Source: Neophaeotheca triangularis
Taxonomy: Eukaryota
Direction of reading: 5' to 3'
NCBI GenBank assembly: GCA_054600435.1
Contig: BAAIJX010000029.1
Span: 1-64,000, forward strand
DNA: 64,000 bases
Positions 36,401-48,769 of the stretch are shown here, in pieces; positions within the stretch are counted from its first letter, which is position 1, and every line of letters begins with the position of its first letter. The notes under the pieces were generated by a model. The model had not been told where the DNA came from, did no database searches, and saw nothing but the letters and a program-made list of their open reading frames with translations. The position numbers and the translations under genes were made by a program.

Positions 36401-37088
36401 CGCAGAACTCGAGCTGATTCCCCCAGTCCTTGGTTGTGTAGCCGAGAGAAGTGGATTGGTAGCACTCGGGACTGTTGTTGAAAGCGTCGTCACCTGGTCG
36501 TGATATATCTCGCAGCATGAGTGCATCGTTATTTGCGGCTTGGGCGCAGAGACAGCGAGGATCGCCGTTGCACCACTCGTCTACCTCGATCTTCAACGAG
36601 GTGAGTCTTGTCGCGGGCTTCCATAGCTCAAGGGCTGCGGAAACAATGGGCTCAAGCCTGTCGGCGGAGTCTGCATCGAAATAGCAGTATCTGAGATATA
36701 CAGATCGATCTTGATCGCTCTTCATTTCATCTTTTGACGATGGTTGGCTTGGTCCCTTATACTGCTCGTGCTCAGTGCCTTCTTCCTCCTTCTCGCCCCT
36801 TCCGAGTTGAGCCTTTTTCCATTCATCAGTCTCTTTCCACCATTCGCCGGCTTTCAGATACGCTGGCCAGGTATCTTTGTTACTCCAGCTAGTCCTCTCC
36901 TGAGAGGTTTGTATGCTGTGCCATCGCTTGTCCTGACTGTGGCAATGCCGGGCCTGCGAGGATTCTTTGTTCTGAGTGGATTCAATCGAATTCTGCTGCA
37001 GTGAAGGTGCAAGTTCCGTATAGGCTTTACCTTCGGATCCCAGCACAAGGGCGAGGCAAACCACAAGGTATAAGATAACGCACCTCAT
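33494..37088 (-). CDS. Secreted tandem astacin-like (metzincin, M12A-like) metalloprotease, 5 exons (37088-36347, 36268-36109, 36028-34926, 34857-34431, 34361-33494), ~1099 aa
   Basis: Signal peptide MRCVILYLVVCLALVLG. Splicing restores HELGHAMGLEHEHQRPD and HEFGHVMGLRHEHQRPDRD, with Met-turns DYDSIMLY and DYDSIMHY. Exon lengths sum to 3300 nt with the frame kept at all four junctions. Confidence 0.85.
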
Positions 37089-37986
37089 ACTTGCTGAAGA
37101 GCCGGTATAGTATCGAAAGTAACGGGCAAAAGAGTATTGTGAGCTTGAATTATGTCGATATCCTTTCTCGTAGGCTTTATAGCTAGAGGCTAATAGTATC
37201 CGAGCTGGGGTTGTAGTGTGTTGTTGTTCCGTTAGGCCAAGTAGTATCGTAGGTGTAGTTACACTTATAGACAGCTACGAGCAAGCCGGAATAAGGACAC
37301 GTTTTTGCGGTTCGACGGATACACGTCGCTAAGGGTACGTGGCGAAGACCGCTCCTGTGGATGCTAGGAAGTAGTCGCCAGAGGTTGAAGAATCGACGGG
37401 CCGGCCTGTTGAAAGCGCTCGCAGTGCCCCGGCGGATAGGATGGTAGGTGTCCAGCAATCTGGGACAAGTATCTTCTCCAGGCACTAGGTATAGATTGAA
37501 TGGTAGACCGTAGGAACGTGATCAACCGGCAACGGTTCTGTCTGCAGCATGTACTTGCTAGCCGGACATGCTGTTGTGACGAGATGACCTAGCCTTTAGT
37601 GGAAATGGCAAGTTCTGTTGGAAGCCGAGGCTGGATCGTGAGGATATCGGAAGTAGCAGCAGGTTGTAGGTTGAAGATGAGACGGCGACTAGCTCGCATA
37701 CAGTCTATTTGAACGTTCAAAAGCTTCGGCACGTGGATGTCTCATAGGGACACGTAGCACAATGATGAACACGTGCAACGTATAGCCAGCTTAATAGGTG
37801 GCAGGGACGGTAGTACAGCCTCAGCACGATCCGTGAAGATGGGCGATGCTCTGGCTCCTAGCATGCTAAGAAAAGGCAACAGCTCGCCGCTCCTTCCGAG
37901 AGGTAAATTCCAACGAGTATCCGTGATGAAACGATATCGATAATACAGGTCGTGGCATACTCCGCAGTGCTAAATGGACAAAGCCC

Positions 37987-39780
37987 TCACATCGCCCCAT
38001 CCGGCGCCATACCTCCAAAGACCGGGATATCAGCCGTCAAAAAATAGTTCCAATCAAACTCCGGGTTATTCAAAAAGTCCAAATTCCAGTCCTCACCGCT
38101 CGAAGTCGTCATGGGCGTTCCGTCGACCTGTCCATTCATAACACCACCACTCGGTGGTCCCACGCCAGGGAGTTGCGACTGCTGCGCCTGCAGCGCAACC
38201 TCTTGTTTCAGATTCTCCGGGTGGGGATCGGCTTCCGCGCCGTCTTTGCGGAGGCTGAGACCTAACACGGATGCATCTTCGTCTTTCTTCTTTTTGGAGA
38301 GACGGATGAGGAAGCGTGCGGTTTTGAGAGCTTCCTTTAGAGCTGGTGTTGGGAAGCGGTTGACGACTTCTTCGAGGGTGCGGATCGCCGTTGAGACGTG
38401 CTGTAAGCTCTCTCGTGTGTCCATGGCGAGGAGCACGCAAGTCATTTGGAAAGGGACGTTCGCAACGTGCCACCAGGGTTGTCCTTGATGCACCATTTTT
38501 CGTGAAGCTTCGAGGCCTCTGTGGCCGATGGTTATGATGCGGTTGAGCGTTTCAGTAGAGAGTTGCGGGTTTGTCAGTCGTAAGCGGCGGAAGGCGCAGA
38601 GTGTGAGATTGGCTTTTGAAAGCATGATGGCTTCGTGCCGTGTCTCTTCTGCTTCCATTGCTTTGAGAAAGTCTTCAAGCTGGTCCGGCTGGTCGGAGCG
38701 GTCGGGGTCGAGACAGCATGATTGACTGTAGAGATGTATGAAGTCTGTCGTGAAGTCGCTGTCGCGCGGAGTGGGCAGCTGGGAGGTGATGCCACGTAGT
38801 GCCACGCGTGTCCTGCCATATTCGAAGGATACCCAGCTATTGAGCATCCGAGATATCCAGAAAGTGCGCCGGCGGAGCTCTGCGTCGTTGGTGTGGTCCG
38901 ACACTGCCGGGAAGATAACAAGATTGGTAGTTTCTTGATGCAATCCTAGTGATTCTATGAGGTGCATGGTAACACTGGTAGCCATCCAAGTAGCATGAGG
39001 ATGATCTGTAGATCGCAGATACATCACTCGTAAAAGCCATGAGGCGACATCATTGACGGTCGGCGGCTGCATCATGCTACAGCTTTCAAGAGCCATCTTT
39101 GCGGAATTGACCAAGCGAGGTATAGCCGTGGCGAGCCCGAGATCATGCTCGTTAGCGAACAGATAACCCAGCGAAGCCACTCCGCAAAGCATATGATCAG
39201 GTATCTTGACAATGTCCGGTCGGGTCCAACGCAACACCATCTGATCCACGACCCATTTCTTGTCCAGAAATCCATACAGGGGATGGACGCTCTCGAAGTA
39301 GACGTTAGCCATGCGTCTCATCTGCTCCAGTGAGATCAAGTCGGTAATAGGCGGCACAACGGAGAGCGAAGGCGTGCCACTGCCAAGATTCCAGCCAAAA
39401 GTGAAAAGCTTGGGCCCAGAAGACGGATCCAATCGCATGCCGAGTAATCTTGTGAAAGCGATACCTGAGTTGGCCTCCATGGACCGCAGCTGCTCCTGAT
39501 CCTGCATATCGCGGTCCTCGACTGGTGCTGCCTCTCCTTTGATATGAGTTTCAGGAGGCGCGATACCGTTCAGGTTCGCATCGGTCTCGACGATTTTGGA
39601 GCGTTTCCGAGGATGCTTTTCGTAGTAGCAGGTGTACTCGAATTGCGTACACATGTTGCACGGGTTACCACTGTCGCATCTTCGCTTACGCAGCCTGCAT
39701 GGCTCGCAAGCTTGCTTCGCTCTTTGACGCTTCTGACTCGGCGGGCTTTGGGCCTCCTGGCCGTATGCTGGATGATTCAT
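37987..39780 (-). CDS. Zn(II)2Cys6 transcription factor, Rdr1-like
   Basis: ACEPCRLRKRRCDSGNPCNMCTQFEYTC binuclear cluster; MEANSGIAF..LG...PKLFTFGWN, YFESVHPLYGFLD and RRRTFW..SFEYGR middle-homology region. Confidence 0.92.
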   Translation of the reverse strand: MNHPAYGQEAQSPPSQKRQRAKQACEPCRLRKRRCDSGNPCNMCTQFEYTCYYEKHPRKRSKIVETDANLNGIAPPETHIKGEAAPVEDRDMQDQEQLRSMEANSGIAFTRLLGMRLDPSSGPKLFTFGWNLGSGTPSLSVVPPITDLISLEQMRRMANVYFESVHPLYGFLDKKWVVDQMVLRWTRPDIVKIPDHMLCGVASLGYLFANEHDLGLATAIPRLVNSAKMALESCSMMQPPTVNDVASWLLRVMYLRSTDHPHATWMATSVTMHLIESLGLHQETTNLVIFPAVSDHTNDAELRRRTFWISRMLNSWVSFEYGRTRVALRGITSQLPTPRDSDFTTDFIHLYSQSCCLDPDRSDQPDQLEDFLKAMEAEETRHEAIMLSKANLTLCAFRRLRLTNPQLSTETLNRIITIGHRGLEASRKMVHQGQPWWHVANVPFQMTCVLLAMDTRESLQHVSTAIRTLEEVVNRFPTPALKEALKTARFLIRLSKKKKDEDASVLGLSLRKDGAEADPHPENLKQEVALQAQQSQLPGVGPPSGGVMNGQVDGTPMTTSSGEDWNLDFLNNPEFDWNYFLTADIPVFGGMAPDGAM

Positions 39781-40240
39781 TCTGGGTTCAAAGATGGGTA
39801 GGGCTGACTCTGCTACTTGAGTATCTGAGTTATGGATGACCTGCTGTGGGACGTTTTGTTGTAGCCCGCAGCATATCAGTCTTTCGAGTAACAGTCAACA
39901 TCAGGAAGGCACGCTGGAAGGTCGTTGGAAGCACTTCGACGCCTTCCAGCGGTAGTGGGATAGAGGCAAAGAGGAGAAAGCGCTTGCTTACCCCAATGCG
40001 CTCTAAAGTGCAACCTCGAGTTGCCGACCCCACATGTGGTCAAATTCAGCCAATCGGCACCACGCGTGTTCGGCCGACCGACCATCAAGCTTTCCCGAGT
40101 CCAACATCACCTGCACTGAACTGAGTCTCAAAGAACACCAATTATGATCGATTAAAAGTACAATGTTGTACTGATACACTATCCGCAGCGCATTGGGTAT
40201 CTATAGTAACACAATAACCTCCACGCCCGTTTGCTCGAAC

Positions 40241-43200
40241 CTACAAATATGCCAAACCCCCACCCCCGATAATCTCCAGATCGCTCCTCAAGCCCCAGGC
40301 ATCACCACCAGCTCTGCCCAGTACTTCGGCTCTGCGCGCAGACCCCAGCTCGCTGATTCTTTGGATAATACCTCCGTCAATAACGCCTCTAGCGCCTAGA
40401 CCCTCGCCGTCGGCTGTCCTGTAAGCGCGCGGATTGAGGCCGGCGGGGTGCTCGAGAATAGAGGTCAAGTGCGTTTGCAGAGCACCGAGGCGTCGGTAAG
40501 TGCCTTCATCGAGGGGCGTCACCAAGCCAGCGGCACCTGATTGGAAGGTCATGAGTACGTGGAAGAGAGAAGAATCCTGGTGCTCTGTATCGCCGTTCGT
40601 ATTGCCATTGGTCATGGGTTGGTCGGTGAAAGGTGCCAAGGATGAAGGCACCAAGTGCATGCTCGTAGGGAAATGGCCCAGGTGGAAGGTGCTCCTATGC
40701 AACAGTCGCGAGCCCGAAAGACTTTTGGGGTTCTCCGGATCGTACTGAAGCACGTGCAAATCCATGTCGGCGTCGATGATAAGAATGTAAAGCTCGCCGT
40801 CATATGGGAGAAACTCGGCGGACATGATCTCCATTGTCGGCCGACTCTTACCAAGAACACTGAGCTTGTAAGGCTCTTCTGTGAACCCGCCGAACCACAA
40901 CCCCTTCCAAGCATCACCTGCCATCCATAGCCCGCTTTTTCCGAGCGTCTTGAGAGTCGAGGTATATGCCTGGGCATCTAGGAAGGCCACTGGAAGGCAG
41001 GACCCTTCTTCGCGAAGACCACGTATCATGAGCTTCTGTCCTTGTGCAATGCCGACCAATCCGTAAGGGAAAGACTCCAGAGTCGTGACTGGACCCTTGG
41101 TCTCCTCACGGGCAACTACGCTGAGCTTGACACCAGTCTCGGGCATGTCAGGTTCCGGTACTACGTCAAGTACCTCAAAGACTGTCAAGAACCCTTTCGT
41201 GGGCAGATCCTCACCGCGGTGAACAGCCGATCCAACTGCCACCCGCAAAGCCTTTTCGCGCGAGTGCTCGGACACCTCGAGTGTCATTACCTTCAACGAA
41301 GTGACGATCTCTGCGTAGGGCATGGGAAACGAGTGCAAAAGCTGGTGCGATTTGCCGGACAAGAGATGCAGCGTGTACTGTTGTATCTGAGGATGAAGGC
41401 CTTCTTCTTTGCGATAGTCAGCAAGGGATGCTTAGCCAGCCATCGCGTGCAAATGTCGTAGTGTATGTTTCCCCAAGAATAAAGTTGAGCCTGGATGAAG
41501 TGCCAAGCGAAACTGAATAAGAAGGATGTTTTGATCTAGCATCAACTATAGACGTCACTCCACTGAAAAAGGAGGAGACGTATATGCTCGTGATGCAACA
41601 GGTGTGGATGAATGTTGGGGGAAATCAAACTTACCATTTTTGTCCGGAAGAGGTCCGTCTTCTTCAGACGGGAAGTAGTCAACATTTCTACACGACGCAA
41701 CGACATGAAGGTGTCTATCCTCGTGGTAAGAAATGTGCTGAACCTCCTCTGGCGGGTTGCCAAGCTGCGTCTTATGTACAGACCAGCCGGTGCCATACTC
41801 AGTGTCTTGAGGAAGTTTGCACTCTTGAAGCTGCCCTTCCGAGTTGAGCAAGGTGAAGTCAGCGCTTGAGTCAGCCCAGTGTACAGGCGTCAATGATTGC
41901 GCCTTTTCGCATTCAAGTGCCAGCACTTTTGGAAGGCTGTCGGCTTCCCGAAGCATGAGCGAAGCTGCAGCACCCGGCACTAGGACCGCGTTATGGCCGG
42001 CGACTTCGAGCGCTCGCAACGATACATTGTTACCCTCGGCCTCCTCGGTTGATGATTCGTCGTATTTCGGAAGGTAGTTGAAAGGCACCTTGCGGAAACG
42101 CAGATCTTTCGTCCAATTGGACCTATCAGCGCTGGAAAATGAAGGGTATCGGAAGGGTTCGTAAAGGGTGAGATCGTCGCTGGCGCTGCGCAATATCATA
42201 TACGGCGACTCGAAACCAGTAGGGCCGAGATCAGCCACCAAAACCTCGGTGAGCGTCTCTTTGGCTCCAAGGCGTCGTTGAGTCGAATCTTGTGAGATTA
42301 CAGGCGGGAGATGGGTCACGTTGGGCAACGAGCAATAAGGCGTAAGCTCGGGCAACTTATATAGCTGGAAAGCGCCCTCAGGCCCAAGCATGAAAGCAGC
42401 CGTCTCGTTGAACGTCAAAACGCCCGAGTACAAACATGCACTCAGCCATTTCGTGCTAGCAAAGTCGTTGTTCGGCTCGACCATTTCAAGTTCGCCGCTC
42501 TTTTCAGCTTTGAGGACCTGTACGCTGCTATCGTCTCGTAGTACGAGCATGTAGGGGTCGCAGAAGGAAGCATGTAAGATCTTAAGCTCGGCATCCGTTT
42601 CGTCGTCGGTCATTGGGATCATCTGAACAAGGCCCAAATTGTGGTCGTATGTGATTATCTCAGTGCGTCGGCACTGCACGATCTGAGTGCCATCCGCTAG
42701 CGTGCTGATAGCAAGAGTTTCACCATCACGCTCGAACTCAGTCCCCGTGCGCTCGACGAACTTCGAGGAGGTACTTTCCGTTTCCTTCTGGTCATCTCTC
42801 TCGCCAGCATTAAGATCATATACTTTGGTAACCTCGCCGTCATATGCGAAGAAGAGATTGTCGAACAGGGCGACAGGCTCATCAGAGTCCTCTGGCTTAG
42901 GTCGGGCACAAATACTCCACGTGCCTCGTGCACTTGGCATTTTCCTGCTGTGTGTAATTTGGGGCGTGATCTCTTTGCTCATGAAAGTAAGCCCGCTAGC
43001 ACGACCCCGGCCGGTTGCTGCGACGAGCTTAAGCTTGTCTCCGTTCCTCCCAGACTTAGTAAAGGACATGTCGTTGATGGGACCTGCCGACAGCAGTGAG
43101 TCCAGAACTTGGAATCTGTAGGCAGTAGAAGCTTGAGGGACTGAATGGTCTGGAGATTGCTCTCTTTTCATTGACGCTGCAGTGTTCGCATACAAATCAT

Positions 43201-44611
43201 CATCTTCGTCTTCTTCCGACGAAACATCTGCGTCTACATCCGCGTTTTCCGTTGTCATTTGAGCGTGCGAGCGTTTGCGGCTAGGCTGTTGCGTTGATCG
43301 CGTCCAGCCAACGAGCTTTGAGTCACCGTCTTCGCTGCCAATGAACACCTTCGCGTCGTCGAGCATGGCCGTGCAGGAAGAGGAGCTATCAATCAAGTGG
43401 CCCCCATTCTCGGCCTGGACAGGCGCGAGGCGAAGTCCGCCTACATTTCGTCCAGCCAAGTTGAAGCTAAGCGTTACCAGAGATCCATTGTCGAGGCTGA
43501 TAAGCATGTCACCAGATTCAGCACCAAGATGTTCGATTTGGCATCTTTCAAGCTTCAGGCCGAGGACGGACTGGTCTGTGAGAGTGAAATTGGTGGCCTG
43601 CTTCGCAAATTCGTTGACAGCGACACCGGTCGTTTTACCGCCTTGATCGACATGGATCAACTCGTTGGCACCAACCAGAAGGACACCACCAACTGGGAGC
43701 GGAAGTGGTACCGCTCTCCACAAGTCCGAAGGGAGGTTTGGTACGGAAATGAGGCCGGTAGAGGCTCGTTGGTCAAGATCCAGTGTAATGACATGGTAGG
43801 TCAGGCAGTCTTTGCGTTCCTCTAGCAGGGCGCTGGACGGCACCACTTCGCTCGACAGTACACCGAATGTGGGTTCTCTGTACTCGTGCAAAAAAGCAAG
43901 GTCCACAGGGTGCTTGAACGCGGGGTCTAGAGCCGTAAGCGGTAGAACAAAGGATGACTTGTATGGTGTCTGCCTCGCCTCGCTGTCCGCCTCGTTTTGC
44001 TTCCCATGCGCGTCCTTGCTTTTTGGCGCACCAGAGTCCGGCGCGTCTGTCATCTCTGCGTCAAACCCTGCGTCCTCGCCATCGGCTAGCAGCTCATCTC
44101 CCAGCTGTCTGAACGGTAATATTGCCAAGTGTCGTTGTCCGAACTTCAGCGCGGCGCATCGTGAACTGGGATCGACCGAAAGGATGCTGGAGCAGTCGGT
44201 CAGGGCGGGCCCAAAGGGCTGATTGATGATGTTTTCGCCCTCATAGTAGTGGATCGATATGGTACTGATACGATGGTTCTGCGGATCCCATTCCACAAGA
44301 GACAGTCTGGCCTCTCGTGTAGCTACCAGCAGAGCCGAGCCTCCTGATTTGCTGTTAAGAGTCTTTACGCTGGAGAGAGCTGTGACGGTGCCCGAGAGAG
44401 GGTATTCCCCTATCAGAACCAGCTTGCAATGAACGCTGAGAGCACTAGCACCATTGCTCTTGTCCGATTGGCCATGGTCGTTCTGCAACGCGAAGACTTG
44501 TAGCAATGAGGTCTTTGCTACTACGAGGTTCTTCGCTTGGCCATGCAGAAACGGCAGAGCTACAGCGTGAGTTACTGCCGTCGATGGCAGCAGCTCAGTA
44601 TAGCACTGCAT
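40241..44611 (-). CDS. CFT1: Cleavage and polyadenylation specificity factor subunit CPSF160/Cft1, 2 exons (44611-41635, ~41406-40241)
   Basis: MQCYTELL..TAVTHA, ISTISIHYYE, FLHEYREPTFG, QYDPENPKSLSGSRLL..TFHLG and GLNPRAYR motifs. Intron has a GTAAGT donor at 41634, a GCTGAC branch point and an AAG acceptor near 41407. Confidence 0.95.
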
Positions 44612-46066
44612 TATCTCGATGGTTCACTGTTGTCTGGGCATCGAGGTTTCATTGCGGCGGGAATAGCACAATTCAAGATACACCTCACGTTTGGAGCTCG
44701 CAAACCTCCCATGTCAACCTTACCTTGCCTTCGAATAAACGCGACTTTGGCCGAAGCTTTACCGGGCGCCAAGACTAGCGAGAGCGACTACACCCCGTGA
44801 ACTTCATCTCGCCGATGTCCCCAACTCTAACTTAGAGGCTAGCTGTACACGGCTCCTGCGAAGAGGACCTGTTGCCATCCATCAAGCCTCTGTGGATCAA
44901 TATGGAAGCAGTTGTTTCTCGCGCGCTTACGAAGATTTGTCGCACTTCGCTTCAGGCTGCCAAAAAAAAAAAAAAAAAAGGCGATCTTTGTGAGGCCGCC
45001 TTCATGCACCTCAGCTGGTGGTAGGGCGTCATTTCAGCTCCAAAAGGGGCAACCAATCTTGTTCATTTATCTACAGCATGACATTGATCCTGCGTCCTAA
45101 TGATCTTGGCTTACTTTGAAGGGCTCTATTGGATGTTTTTTCACCGGTCGGTCAGCTATCCAACAGCCTTGCATAGACCGGTCAACTGTTGTCCAATGGT
45201 CCGCCATCTCAAGGTCTCTCTGGGGCTCTTTAAGAGGGCATTGCGGCTCTGCACTGAGATACTATAAGTTCAACACCTTCGAAAGATGCTCCAACCTTTC
45301 ACACCCTCCCGCCGCATCGCACTCAATCACACCGCTCGCAACAAAATGTTATACAATTTGGTGCCACTCCAGGTTAGCAATCATCACTGTTCACCACCAG
45401 AGAGATTCACGCTTTGAACCACCACTGCACTGAGCACGCGATTTGAAAATTGGCAGCCGTACGTCCGACAGAACTCGCAAGGGCCGGACTTGGGGACTCT
45501 ACTGCTGACACGCTTTGATGATCCAGTGACAAAAGGGACACCGCCGATGCGTGATGAGCTTGGACGGAAAGTCTGCCCGAGAACCTTTGCTAGCCTCAGG
45601 ACCTGCCCCAGTTGCCTGAGGATTCCCTCAACTCGAGTCTGGACCTTGACAGCGCACGAAATATATGCATCAGTGCCCATGTCCAGGCAAAGATGGGCGG
45701 TCTTGAGGAGGTCGAAGGGCGGCTTCGGTTGCCTTGTCACGTGACATATTTCTGATTGGCCGCCCTTGGTGAAGTAATGAGGGTGCCACAAAGGGCGACC
45801 GATAGGGTCTTTCTCTAAGACCTGGGCAGACAAGAATTTTCTCAGAAGGCAGGCACGCATGCAGGGAGTACTCGAGCTCGCCTACCAACGGACCTCGATG
45901 TGTTGCGAGGTGAGCGCCGATCACCTTGGGCCACCTTCTCACCTAGCTACCAAGTCCTTCCATCGCCCCGCTTGAAAAGTTCCCTCTCCCCTCTTATCAG
46001 GCTGAGCACTTTTTCTGTGTCTATGTAGCTAGCACAGACTCAGCTTTTCAGTCAACTGTCGCGGCA

Positions 46067-47139
46067 ATGCCTGGCAACGGCCACAACTTCAACAACGATT
46101 CCCGTCGAGCAACATTTTCACCCCACAGGGAGTATACCACTGGGTATAACTGGGGCCCACGTGCGTTTCAACCAACAAGGTTAGCACATTGAAAACTTAC
46201 CAGGCTACTCAAGAATGTGCCAGCTGATCAATGTGTAGCGCCGAGAACGACTCTCCGTACCTCGACATCTCGATCCAACACTTCCGCGACCCCGAACCAG
46301 GATTCTATGGCACTGGAAACTTCATCAGAGGAGCTGGAGAAGACGCTCCGAACTTTTCTTTCCCAGGGAGTACCGACGAAGCCCTCTCGACCTTCAGACG
46401 GGATGTGCATCGTGCATCGCCCCGCGGAAGTTCTTCCGTCGTTCTCCGTCCGGCAGTCAATAAGGGGTACGATCAAGTCATGCCCTCAGCCGAGAGTAAG
46501 TAGTTTGATTTTCCACACTGGCCATGATAGCGCTGACTACTCGCAGGATCCGGGCCCATGAACAACTCAGAGGCTCGGGCTTCACCCTGGGCTCCTTGGA
46601 ACACGCAACACCCGTCTACAATGCACCTTCCTATGTACATTTCGCCTCCAGTCCCTCCTGCTCACGGGTTCGACTTTCGTATCGCAATCGACTCGGGTTC
46701 GCAGCTCGGCTACACCCCGTACGACAACACCAATACTCAAAACGGGCAACAGACTACCCTCGGTTCGAGCGGAACATTCCTAAACCGTACCCTGCATACT
46801 TCACAATCATCGCGTTCTACCTTGAACTCCATTGAAGAGCAACGAATGCAGGACACCGACGTCACAATCCCCATCTCCACCCAAGTGCTCCTAGAGCGCC
46901 AAAGTCCTACATACCCTCAAGCCACTAAGAGGGTTTACTATTGCGATGTCCCCGGTTGCACCGGAACCGCCACACGGCCAGCAGATATCACCCGGCACAA
47001 AAAGCAAAAGCATCCGCTACCCGGAGAGCTAGCCTTTCACTGCTTGCGCTGCTCGTTCTTCCATACTCGCAAGGATAAAGTGGTGGATCATGGCAAGGCT
47101 ACTGGACACCGGGACCCACCGAACCAAGTGCCATACTAG
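46067..47139 (+). CDS. C2H2 zinc-finger protein, tandem paralog A, 3 exons (46067-46179, 46239-46495, 46547-47139)
   Basis: C-terminal CDVPGC...TRPADITRHKKQKH-PLPGELAFHCLRCSFFHTRKDKVVDHGKATGH. GTTAGC..TAG and GTAAGT..CAG introns join the exons in frame. Homologous to the neighbouring gene. Confidence 0.72.
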
Positions 47140-48769
47140 ATAAGACCGTCGTTGAGCCTTGGTGTAGATGTCCTGGACTCGGACGCAGTCGTAGGTGTGT
47201 GGCCTTTGAAGAGCAGGTTTTGGCATCTTGAGGGTATTGTATCGACGTTGCATTTTCCATTCTGTGGCATTCATGCGACGGCATTGCTTTGCGAGCGATC
47301 GGGAGCGAGAAAGGGTGTGGCCGTGCCAATTCCATTTCGACTTGCGCGTTACAGCGAGCATATCTGTCAATTACGCGTTCACGAATGTTTCCTAATAATC
47401 TTCCAATGCCGTTTTGGCCTGTGTTGTACTTCCACTGTCAAACCCGGAAATACACACGATTTTGGCCGAAGCTTTCCCGGCTGCCAAGACTCACGACAGC
47501 GACTACACCTCTTGAACAGTTCCATCTGCTTTGCTCTGTCCCTCCACCATCGTCAGCCCCATTGTTGGGGTTTCAAGGCCTGATTGTTTCTAGATCCACA
47601 CAATAGCACCTCACTCGATACAATTATCCCACTGATTGCCTCCGTTCTTGGGCTTGACGAGCCACGTAAGAAGGCAAAACTGAGGCCGCCTGGCTACCAA
47701 AATCGCATTCAATAACCTGCTTTCCGCCCTGTGAAGCCTGTAAGAGGGCGGCCAATATGAGTCTCGTACTGTGTATTGTATCCTACTCTTGCAGCGAGGT
47801 TTTGGCCGGTGCTCCGATCTGCTTCCTATTGGACATTCTGCAACTCCGGTGAAGAAACCTCTGCCAGCTTGTGTTATCTATTCAGCCTCACGTCGAGTAG
47901 TATATCATCGAGCACTCTTCCTTTTCTCTCCAAAAGACAGTTGCAGTCATGGGGCTTTCAATACTTCGCGCGATGCGGGGCCTACCTTCGCTCCCGCACT
48001 CTCCCTTGAATGAAAGAGCTAAGTTTTAACAGCTGGGTATTCAATCTGACTTCCATTGGGGCCATTCAGCGGAGACTGATGTTGCGCAAAAGACAAGACT
48101 GACATTCTCCGAAGAACCGATGGGTGCGATTCTATCCAACAAGATTACTACAGCTCTTGATCGAAGCGTACATATGATTGAAACAAGAACGGGAGGGGCT
48201 ACCATGGCGGCTTCAGGCAATGGCGCGGGATGTACGATGTTCACACGACACTCTCGAAATCTGCCTTGGAGACCCACCGCCATCGCGTTCACGTGGCGTA
48301 GAAGTGAACCTCTCTAGGGTGCCAGCACACCGTCAATCTCGACGCGGCGCCCAAATCTACATGGAAGTGAGAGCATCTCTCCTTCCCCCTACGAATAGAA
48401 CCCGGCGCCCTTCATGCCGCAGACCCATCAAAGCGCGTGATATTCGCTAAGAGGAAGGGCGGCCACTCGGGAAGCCGAAGCTTGGCGTCCTCTTCTCGAC
48501 TCCGACGCTGCCCGCGCAACTCTTATCACACTCGCCTTGGGGATGGGCGCGCCTACAAACTTGATTGAGGGGCTGTCGTCTTTCGAGATGTGCGATTCCG
48601 GGAGCAGAAGAACGCGATACCTCGCCGTCCTGATAAAACATCATGGTTCTCACAACCTTGGAAAACTCAATCCTTGCCTTTACCGTATACACTTTCATGG
48701 TCTCTTCAAGGACCAATCATTCGCATCTCATACCTGTGGCTCTCAAATTCACTCGTAATTGTGTTGGCT

